NCBI GenBank assembly: GCA_014728035.1
Contig: WJMJ01000109.1
Span: 1 to 22,604 of the forward strand
DNA: 22,604 nucleotides
Direction of reading: 5' to 3'
Origin: Promethearchaeota archaeon
GTDB taxonomy: Archaea > Asgardarchaeota > Thorarchaeia > Thorarchaeales > Thorarchaeaceae
Shown: one piece after another, positions 15,603 through 22,604 of the stretch
How positions within the stretch are numbered: position 1 is the stretch's first letter
Layout of the letters: every line of letters starts with the position of its first letter
Translations under genes and position numbers: made by a program
Notes under the pieces: generated by a model
Told to the model about the DNA's origin: nothing
Database searches by the model: none
What the model saw: only the letters and a program-made list of their open reading frames with translations

Positions 15603-16721
15603 CTATGCCATTATAAGATCCCACTCATCTAACCATTCTGTAAGGTTAGCTGCAATCTCTGAAGAGGGTAATAACGCATTTAGTAGGGAAACATCATCTG
15701 GATGCAATGCGTATGCAAATGCGTCATCCAGAGTCACTTCATTATTTGCTGGGAACATCCATTGATTTAGACCAACATATTGTTGAACTTGAGCGGATAG
15801 GCAGTAATCAACGAATAATTTTGCTAATTCTTGATTCGGTCCATCCTTAACTAGCCCAATTCCCTCTATTTGCATCCATGCATAATCTTGGTCATTGTAG
15901 TGCATTGGTGCAACTGCTACATTTGGCTCTTCTCCGGAATAGTATGAAGAATAAGCTGGGTCAGTTCCATAACTGACTAACATATTCCTCTCACTGGATT
16001 CATACCATATTGTCCATGCTTCAGTCCATCCAGCTTGCACATCAACATCGTCTTTTACTGCATTCCACCAGTCTTTCCAATCTGTTTCGAGTATTTTTTC
16101 ATAAATTGCTATTTGGCCGAGGAGGAATGCCAAGCCCGGACTACTTTGGTGGGGATTTTCAGTAACGAGAGAGGAAGCAAAAAAATCAGTTGCCAAATTG
16201 GTAAAAGTAAAGTTATCAAGTTCGGGATGTGAAGTTGTATTGAGGTAATCCATTTCGTATATTATTGAAACTAGACCTAAATCGAATGGTATCACATGAT
16301 GGTCTGAATCCAATGCTGAAACTACTTCTTCATCGATCAGGTTCAGATTTGGAGATGAATAAGGCTCAAGTACCGACTTTGCTGCATCTTGTAGAATAAG
16401 GATATTATCGATTCCTATCACAACATCAGCTTGAGGATTTTCTTGTTCTGCTACTAATCTTGAAACTATTCCGTTCGCATCAGTGGGAAGACGAATAATT
16501 TCAACTTCGATGCCATGTTCTCTTTCAAATGGTCCAAATACCGTATCATCTATGGTTTCTGGATTGTCCCCCCATAGCATGAAACTGTCATATGTGTATA
16601 CTTTCAAGCTTGGTTTAGGGTATGTGAGAATCGCAAAAGATGCGATAGCGATAGTTGAAACAAGAATAATAGCTATGATGATTGTCTTTGGGTTTCTTCT
16701 GGTTGGATATATTTCAGACAT
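15603..16721 (-). CDS. thiB: Thiamine ABC transporter substrate-binding protein (TbpA/ThiB), N-terminally membrane-anchored
   Basis: TbpA motifs VYTYDSF, ADVVIGIDN, SSPGLAFL, GW.EAW, VSY.T.PAY, QIEG, QWMFPAN. N-terminal TM helix with no lipobox Cys. Confidence 0.9.
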   Translation of the reverse strand: MSEIYPTRRNPKTIIIAIILVSTIAIASFAILTYPKPSLKVYTYDSFMLWGDNPETIDDTVFGPFEREHGIEVEIIRLPTDANGIVSRLVAEQENPQADVVIGIDNILILQDAAKSVLEPYSSPNLNLIDEEVVSALDSDHHVIPFDLGLVSIIYEMDYLNTTSHPELDNFTFTNLATDFFASSLVTENPHQSSPGLAFLLGQIAIYEKILETDWKDWWNAVKDDVDVQAGWTEAWTIWYESSERNMLVSYGTDPAYSSYYSGEEPNVAVAPMHYNDQDYAWMQIEGIGLVKDGPNQELAKLFVDYCLSAQVQQYVGLNQWMFPANNEVTLDDAFAYALHPDDVSLLNALLPSSEIAANLTEWLDEWDLIMA

Positions 16722-16742
16722 TATCAATCACTTTATATCTTT

Positions 16743-16781
16743 GTTATACAACTCGGTTATAGAGCATACCCCATTAAATAT
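16743..16781. promoter_or_regulatory. Divergent thiB/thiR promoter region with candidate ThiR operator
   Basis: Imperfect palindrome TACAAC-TCG-GTTATA (16747-16761), a second GTTATA half-site (16743-16748) and TATA-like TTAAATAT (16774-16781) within a 78-bp intergenic gap. Confidence 0.6.
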
Positions 16782-16799
16782 GTCTCGGAGTGGTGTGAA

Positions 16800-17723
16800 G
16801 TGAGACCTCCTTGTGAACTGGTTCAAAAAGAATATCTACCACTGGTTAGAGCGAAAGTGGCACAACTATTACATGATCAAGACTTATCTCAGACTGAAAT
16901 TGCATCTAAATTAGATATTACCCAAGCCGCAGTCAGTAAGTATTTGCGAGAGGCTGACCCACCAAAATCAAATCAATTACAAGTCAAACGAATATCTGAA
17001 CGCATCGCTCACCGATTACTTTCTCCCTCTTATCGTCCCTCTGAAATTCTTTACGAACTATGTTCAGCATGCATGTTATCGAGAGTGAGTTCAGAAATCT
17101 GTCAAAGACATACGACTATTGTTCCAATATTGGCTGAGAATAATTGTCAGATTTGTTCTGACCTATTAAGTGGAAGAAACACGATTTTCACATCACGGAC
17201 CAAAATCGTTCAAGATATGCATCAAGCCTTGAAACTAATTGAGGAATCTGTAGTTTTTCCAAATTTCATGCCAGAAGTGAGACCTAATCTTGTAGTGTGC
17301 GAAGATAGTTCAACAACGCCCCAGGATGTTCTGGCTGTCCCAGGGCGAATATCACTAGTTCATGGAAAAGCGAGAGCTCTAATGCAACCGCAATTTGGAG
17401 CATCGCAGCACACTGCTGAAATTCTTCTATGGGCAAAAGAAACATGGCGTTATCCAAGAGCTTGTCTCTCTTTAAGAGGGCAAGATGATTTGGTTCAAAC
17501 TGCTGATACTTCTGGATTCAATGTTGTTGTACTTGACAATGCATGTATAGAAGCAAGTGAGATAATAAAGCAGGCCAAAGAATTCGAGGTTAATACAGAT
17601 TCCCATCTCGCCATAAGTGTTCCTGGAGGAATAGGAATAGAACCAATTCTTTACACCTTTGGGCCATCCGCAGTAAGTCTTGTGAAGCGAGTTATCACCA
17701 TGGCTGATTTTCTTGAAAAATAG
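16800..17723 (+). CDS. thiR: ThiR transcriptional regulator (XRE-type HTH fused to a ThiN thiamine-phosphate-synthase-like domain)
   Basis: MRPPCE.....LP.VRA.VA..L....LSQTEIASKLDITQAAVSKYL HTH, a Cys-rich linker (CSAC, ICQRH, CQIC), and ThiN motifs PEVR.N, VPGRI, FGAS.H.A, GG.GIEP..Y.FG. GTG start with a GGAG/GGTG RBS. Divergent from thiBPQ. Confidence 0.88.
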   Translation: MRPPCELVQKEYLPLVRAKVAQLLHDQDLSQTEIASKLDITQAAVSKYLREADPPKSNQLQVKRISERIAHRLLSPSYRPSEILYELCSACMLSRVSSEICQRHTTIVPILAENNCQICSDLLSGRNTIFTSRTKIVQDMHQALKLIEESVVFPNFMPEVRPNLVVCEDSSTTPQDVLAVPGRISLVHGKARALMQPQFGASQHTAEILLWAKETWRYPRACLSLRGQDDLVQTADTSGFNVVVLDNACIEASEIIKQAKEFEVNTDSHLAISVPGGIGIEPILYTFGPSAVSLVKRVITMADFLEK

Positions 17724-17785
17724 TGTGTGTTACTCAAGCTTATGAATATACTAGATAGAGTATCTTCTACCAACAAACGAGAGAG

Positions 17786-18643
17786 ATGTATGTCATGCTC
17801 AAAATCAGAAATGGAAGACTTGAAGATTGTGTAGACCTTCTCACTGTCTATATGGGTACTCATTGGGAGAAAGGACTAACTACAGTAGAAGAAGTGAAAG
17901 ACCTTCATAGAGGATCTAATTTCTTTCGATGGGGTTGGCTTGTTGCGGAAATTGACAATCGTGTTGTTGGAGAGATTATATTCCGAACTGAGAGAAATCC
18001 TAGAACAGGAAAATTAGGGCTTATCCGTGATATTGGTGTCGATGTCAGATATCAGAAGCAGTCTGTTGGAAAAGCTCTTACGAGAGCTGCTGAAGAAATA
18101 CTTCGGGAGAAGGAAGTTAGTAGGATAATTGCTGATTCACCACCTGAGGCATACAATTTCTGGATGAAAATCAATTATTTTTCCCGCGGAGAGCTTGTAC
18201 GAATACAGTGTAATCCAAAGGATGTTCCTTCACGACGGTCTCGAATTGTCAAGACCTGTGAAGTAAATGATCTTCAGTCAATGCCAAGAAGTATGCGTTT
18301 CTCAAATATTTCTCATCCTGGTTTGTTGGTTGATACTGCATCATCAATAATTGATGGAAAGAAAAAGGGAAGTATTTTGAGATTCACCACAGATGATGAG
18401 TGTATTGGATTTGGAGCTATAATATCAAATAATGGGTCCGGGTCGGAATTTATTGCTGATGTCACCCCTTCTGGAGAAGACTATGCAGACTTAATTATTG
18501 CAAAAACTGCAAAATTTGCTTCAAAATGGAAGAGTAAAAATGTTGCAAGCCGAATTCCCAAAGACCAACTCTCCAGATTTATGGAGGTTACCGATTGGTC
18601 TTTGGAAACTGACAGACAGATTCCTGTCACTCGGCTTATGTGA
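17786..18643 (+). CDS. GNAT family N-acetyltransferase with an additional C-terminal domain
   Basis: LVAEIDNRVVG, acetyl-CoA motif A 'IGVDVRYQKQSVGKAL', motif B 'AYNFWMKINY'. The C-terminal half may be a degenerate second GNAT fold. Confidence 0.85.
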   Translation: MYVMLKIRNGRLEDCVDLLTVYMGTHWEKGLTTVEEVKDLHRGSNFFRWGWLVAEIDNRVVGEIIFRTERNPRTGKLGLIRDIGVDVRYQKQSVGKALTRAAEEILREKEVSRIIADSPPEAYNFWMKINYFSRGELVRIQCNPKDVPSRRSRIVKTCEVNDLQSMPRSMRFSNISHPGLLVDTASSIIDGKKKGSILRFTTDDECIGFGAIISNNGSGSEFIADVTPSGEDYADLIIAKTAKFASKWKSKNVASRIPKDQLSRFMEVTDWSLETDRQIPVTRLM

Positions 18644-18645
18644 TT

Positions 18646-20235
18646 CTATTCTTCAGGTATCCCCACAATAAATGGCATTACCCAATTTAGTGCTATGAGA
18701 GATAGACCTACCGCCCATACACTTCCCATATTGAAATGCCAGATTGCAACTGGAATTGTAGTTACTCCGAGAACCAAGAACATTGCAGCTGTTACTAACA
18801 GGAAGAGAAGATCTGCAATGATAACTGGTTGCAAAGGCTGGCCGCTTTTCTTCCTAGTTATTGGTATTGCAATAGCAATTGCAAGCAATCCAATCAAGCT
18901 AATGACTTCTTCAATTCGAATGCTAGCAAAACCATATGAATTCTCTAATTCAGCTGTTAGGTTTTCTGGTGTTAACACTACTACTTTGATATCGTGTTCC
19001 CACTTTGAGTAGAGCGCGGTATCAATAAAGAAGGTATATTCTCCATTATTTTCAGTTATGTTTACAGAAATATTTGACAATCCTGTAACTAACACATTAT
19101 CAACATACACTGATAGGTTCACGGTTTCCCATGTTGAATTGATATGAATTGTAAAGGCAACGTATCCTACAACAATATCATCATCTGGCGAAATAAATTC
19201 AATCAATGGAATACCATGATTGTCAATGATTAGAATTTGTTCCGCTTCCCATGTATGACCAAAACCATCGTCAGCTATTAGAGTGATTTCATGTTCACCT
19301 TCACTGTAGAGTGTAGTATCGATTATAATCTCACTATTACCTTCTGATACAGATAAGCTGTCTACATCGGGAGCAAGAACTCCATCAACATAAGCTGACA
19401 CTGAAACAGTACTATATGGAGTGAAGACCTTTATTGGAATTGATGCATTTCCTGCAATAGTTTCGTAATTTGCCAAGTTTCTGAAAGTAATTCTCACATG
19501 GTCAAGAAATGTGTAAATACGATAAGCTGTATCTATCAGTCCTTCATCAGTTATTGCCTTGACAGTAATGTTGTGATCTCCGTTCTCATATGCAGTACCA
19601 TTGATGGTATAATTATTTGTTCCTCCAGCCTTTGGAGTGTTATTATACTCTTCAATTATTTCTCCATCAACAAAGATGGTCACATTAATTTCATCGTAAT
19701 CGGTAGTTATGTTTACCATCAAATCTGTAAGCCCAATAATTTGGTCTTCTGTATCTGGAGCAATTATCTGAACTGCAGGTGGACCATGATTGTTCACTTC
19801 ATAGAATGCAGTCACAGACTCTCTCTGGAGAATACCTGTGTGATTCTCCTCAAATAATAGCGTGAAATTTAGTAATCCTTCACTCAAGCTTGTTGTGTTC
19901 ACAGTTATATTTTGAAGGCCTGTGGTCACAACAGTGTTGTTATGATCGGGATGTATTTCCCCATCGACAAGGAGAGTGAAATTGAGGTCCCCATTATCTG
20001 ATGTGATATTCAAAGTTAGGTTGAATGTACCAGAAACTTCTGAGTTGTCAACTGGACTCTGTAGATTGATCGTTATGTTATCAGAATCGTATGCAGCAGG
20101 CATAACTAATGGTGTATTTGCCTGAATCCTACTTTCCTGTGTGTTTTCTGTTGTTGCGAAGGGTTGGACCTGGAATGCTCCTGCAAGTAATATGGATAGG
20201 AGCAAGAGTAGTATCACACTATTTCGTTTATTCAT
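18646..20235 (-). CDS. Secreted, C-terminally membrane-anchored Ig-like repeat (Big-type) surface glycoprotein
   Basis: Signal peptide MNKRNSVILLLLLSILLAGA. Four ~95-aa repeats (I...SP......G...........V...VDG.........IDT..YSEG.H.I.V.A). About 20 N-x-S/T sequons. Three C-terminal TM helices. Confidence 0.8.
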   Translation of the reverse strand: MNKRNSVILLLLLSILLAGAFQVQPFATTENTQESRIQANTPLVMPAAYDSDNITINLQSPVDNSEVSGTFNLTLNITSDNGDLNFTLLVDGEIHPDHNNTVVTTGLQNITVNTTSLSEGLLNFTLLFEENHTGILQRESVTAFYEVNNHGPPAVQIIAPDTEDQIIGLTDLMVNITTDYDEINVTIFVDGEIIEEYNNTPKAGGTNNYTINGTAYENGDHNITVKAITDEGLIDTAYRIYTFLDHVRITFRNLANYETIAGNASIPIKVFTPYSTVSVSAYVDGVLAPDVDSLSVSEGNSEIIIDTTLYSEGEHEITLIADDGFGHTWEAEQILIIDNHGIPLIEFISPDDDIVVGYVAFTIHINSTWETVNLSVYVDNVLVTGLSNISVNITENNGEYTFFIDTALYSKWEHDIKVVVLTPENLTAELENSYGFASIRIEEVISLIGLLAIAIAIPITRKKSGQPLQPVIIADLLFLLVTAAMFLVLGVTTIPVAIWHFNMGSVWAVGLSLIALNWVMPFIVGIPEE

Positions 20236-20298
20236 TCTGCAGCCTTCCTGATACCCAATATCCTGTCTCGGGCGGATGGGCTCCGAGAGCGAAGCGAG

Positions 20299-20308
20299 TT
20301 TTTAAAGC
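20299..20308 (-). promoter_or_regulatory. TATA box for the Ig-repeat surface protein gene
   Basis: The minus strand reads GCTTTAAAAA about 65-70 nt upstream of ATG 20235. Confidence 0.5.
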
Positions 20309-20422
20309 TAGCGCCCTATCAAAATTCGTACTCATAACAATTTAGATTTCGCGATAGTGTCAATTCAAGTCCCTTATATCTCACGGTGCACTTGTAGAAT
20401 TCGCACTCCTGAGGATTTGAAC

Positions 20423-22604
20423 ATGACAATAGATGAACGTGGGACCACTGTGAAAATTTGGTCACCCTCAGAAGATCTTTCCGAACGTGTTCGTTTGTTG
20501 AGAGAGCACTTCTATTCGTTTCACAAGAGAAAAGTGACTAACGAACCTTTTGCATTCACTACTGGCATGACATGGGATGAACTTTATTCTTACCATGATT
20601 GGGCCAATGAACCTGCTTTATACCAGTTCCTTCCATCAATAGAACAGACTCTAAAAGCGATGGCTATTCAAGTAGATTTGCCTGAGGACTTTTGGAGTTA
20701 TCATTTACCTATGCGTCGTGCAATCTTCTTTCGTGAAGTCATGACTTCCTATATGCCAATTGAGATAATTGATGGCGAACTCATTGTTGGTTTTCACTTC
20801 AACACCGCGCTTTCCCGATGCTTAACTAAATCCGAAGCTAGATTTCGAGAGAAGTCCATGAACCGATGGTTCAAGGATGCAACTAGGTTAAACGATGCGG
20901 GAATCGGAACAGCTGCGAGTGTTCCTGGCCATCTAATTCCGAACTATGCAAAGGCACTCAGGATTGGTTTAGAAGGGCTTGTTAATGAATACCAGCAGTT
21001 GCTTGAGGATGTCATATCTGATGAGCATCGTGAATTCGTCGAGGCACTGATTGTTAGCCTGAAGACTGCAGATATACTAAGCAAGCGCTATGCGGAAAAA
21101 GCAAAGAAACTTGCAGAAGCAGAGTCTAATCCTGTAAGAAAAGACGAGCTAGAAAAGGTAGCAGCTATCTGCTCACGTGTTCCATGGAAACCTCCTGAAA
21201 CTTTTTGGGAAGCACTCCAAGCACTCTGGATAATTCATATGCTAGTTATGGCAGCAGAATCATATCCTGGTGCTGGTCTTTCTCATGGTCGCTGGGATCA
21301 ATATCTCTATCCATATTACAAACGAGATTTGGAATCTGGAACTATAACTCGAAGCTTCGCCAAAGAACTACTTCATTGTTATTGGATAAAACATAATTAT
21401 GTCTATGATTTTCAAGGTCGCCTTGGGATAAATCAAGGGATAAACTCGAGCTTTGGGCAACTTATGACACTCAGTGGATGTGGTCCTAATGGAGAAGACC
21501 TGACCAATGAGCTAACTTGGCTTGCATTAGAAGTCATCGAAGAAATGAATCTTCTCGAACCTAAACCAAATGTTCGGATTCATCGTAATACTCCTCAGGA
21601 CTTTCTAATTAGGGTGTCTGAAATAATAGCCAATGCTCAGGGCTCTCCATTCTTGTTAAACTTTGATGAACACAGTATTGAAGGATTGGTCTGGCAGGGT
21701 GTTCCACGAGACGAAGCATGGGATTATGGTATTGTGGGCTGTCTTGAAAACACTATGCAAGGTAATGATCGGTCTGATACTGTTGATGTAAATATCAATC
21801 TTGCAAAAGCAATCGAATTAGCTCTAAACGATGGCAGAGATTTCCAGACTGGTGAACAATTGGGAGTTAACACTGGAGATCCAAGAAGTTTTCATTCATT
21901 GGAAGATTTGTTGTCTGCTGTCAAAAAGCAACTTGATACTCTCGTGAAATTATTGGTTAAAACTGGGAATGCAGCTGACACCATACGTGCAAAATACCAA
22001 CCAACACCTTATCTTAGTGCTTTAATGGATGGATGTGCTGAACGTGGAAAAGATGTGAACCAAGGTGGAACTGACTATAACTTCAACACAATGGAAGGAA
22101 TGGGAATTGCAACCCTTGCGGATTCGGTTGCAGCAATAAAAAAATTCGTCTTTGATCAGAAACGTATATCGATGTCTGAATTGCTTGAAGCACTCCATGC
22201 TAATTATGAAGGATTTGAGGAGATACGTCAACTACTCAGAAATAAAGCACCAAAATTTGGAAATGATGATGATTATGTGGATGATATAGCAAGAGAACTA
22301 TCAATGCATTGGGCAAAAGAGGTGTTCAAATATAGAAACGACTTCACAGGGCGCCATTATCGGGCTGGATATTTGAGCTGGAATTACTACATCCCTCTTG
22401 CTCCTCTCACTGCTGCCACCCCTGATGGAAGGCGCAGGGGCGAATATCTCTCAGGGGGTGTTGGTGCGGTTCAAGGGATGGATTCTAAAGGCCCTACTGC
22501 ATCAATTCGTTCTGTTGGAAAGTTGGGTTTGGAAACAGTCCCTAATGGTGCATCTCATACAATCACAATCAGTCCTTCTATGGTCCGGTCTCCAGAACAT
22601 ATCG
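20423..22604 (+). CDS. Glycyl radical enzyme (PFL-like family, single-Cys GCxE type), 3'-truncated by window end
   Basis: Absent from the ORF track because it has no stop in the window. The frame from ATG 20423 gives MTIDERG..., IIDGELIVG, GHLIPNYAKALRIG, GRWDQYLYPYY, QLMTLSG...DLTNELT, EPKPNVR, DYGIVGCLE (Cys codon 21740-21742), PKFGNDDDYVD, ATPDGRR.GEYLS, QGMD..GPTA. The Gly-radical RVxG motif would lie beyond the window. Confidence 0.92.
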   Translation, partial: MTIDERGTTVKIWSPSEDLSERVRLLREHFYSFHKRKVTNEPFAFTTGMTWDELYSYHDWANEPALYQFLPSIEQTLKAMAIQVDLPEDFWSYHLPMRRAIFFREVMTSYMPIEIIDGELIVGFHFNTALSRCLTKSEARFREKSMNRWFKDATRLNDAGIGTAASVPGHLIPNYAKALRIGLEGLVNEYQQLLEDVISDEHREFVEALIVSLKTADILSKRYAEKAKKLAEAESNPVRKDELEKVAAICSRVPWKPPETFWEALQALWIIHMLVMAAESYPGAGLSHGRWDQYLYPYYKRDLESGTITRSFAKELLHCYWIKHNYVYDFQGRLGINQGINSSFGQLMTLSGCGPNGEDLTNELTWLALEVIEEMNLLEPKPNVRIHRNTPQDFLIRVSEIIANAQGSPFLLNFDEHSIEGLVWQGVPRDEAWDYGIVGCLENTMQGNDRSDTVDVNINLAKAIELALNDGRDFQTGEQLGVNTGDPRSFHSLEDLLSAVKKQLDTLVKLLVKTGNAADTIRAKYQPTPYLSALMDGCAERGKDVNQGGTDYNFNTMEGMGIATLADSVAAIKKFVFDQKRISMSELLEALHANYEGFEEIRQLLRNKAPKFGNDDDYVDDIARELSMHWAKEVFKYRNDFTGRHYRAGYLSWNYYIPLAPLTAATPDGRRRGEYLSGGVGAVQGMDSKGPTASIRSVGKLGLETVPNGASHTITISPSMVRSPEHI

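Noticed and set aside
12893-16721. Fe3+ or polyamine ABC transporter annotation
   Set aside because: The ATPase and permease resemble FbpC/PotA families, but the binding protein has TbpA motifs and thiR is adjacent.
16722-16799. TPP riboswitch upstream of thiB
   Set aside because: The region is too short and AT-rich and lacks the CUGAGA core; ThiR explains the regulation.
20236-20422. tRNA, SECIS or other ncRNA in the GC-rich intergenic region
   Set aside because: No cloverleaf or T-loop, no recognisable SECIS core, and no gene in the window shows evidence of needing UGA read-through.
21205-22231. Short ORFs 21205-21396 (+) and 22022-22231 (-)
   Set aside because: Out-of-frame or antisense shadows inside the glycyl radical enzyme gene.
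20423-22604. Canonical pyruvate formate-lyase (pflB)
   Set aside because: Lacks the Cys-Cys pair; has GCLE instead.

Overview
Gene-dense archaeal window with GGAGG/GGTGA Shine-Dalgarno sites and TATA-like boxes. The gene content (gelsolin-domain protein, roadblock/LC7, Cdc48/VAT, ThiR) points to an Asgard archaeon, most plausibly Thorarchaeota; this is inferred, not tested. From left to right on the + strand: 3' end of an Hsp20 gene, cdc48/VAT, a GH38 alpha-mannosidase with a remodelled metal/sugar site, a protein with a putative V4R/Bet3-like Cys3 domain, a 2-TM protein with a polyproline tail, a 96-aa protein that looks like a cryptic gelsolin-type domain, and an alpha-SNAP/TPR-like + Ig-like + coiled-coil protein. 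These converge on a - strand run of 1DGelX-type gelsolin, roadblock/LC7 and an AlaA-type aminotransferase. Next come a ~6-TM unknown protein, a thiamine ABC transporter (thiBPQ) divergent from thiR with a candidate operator, a GNAT acetyltransferase, a sequon-rich Ig-repeat surface protein, and a 3'-truncated single-Cys glycyl radical enzyme that the ORF track missed. The best candidate for an undescribed system is the ~11 kb left block, where Cdc48, SNAP-like, V4R/Bet3-like, gelsolin-like and roadblock genes cluster like a proto membrane-remodelling/actin/quality-control locus. No rRNA, tRNA, CRISPR array or mobile element was seen. All family assignments are by eye; no database searches were run.
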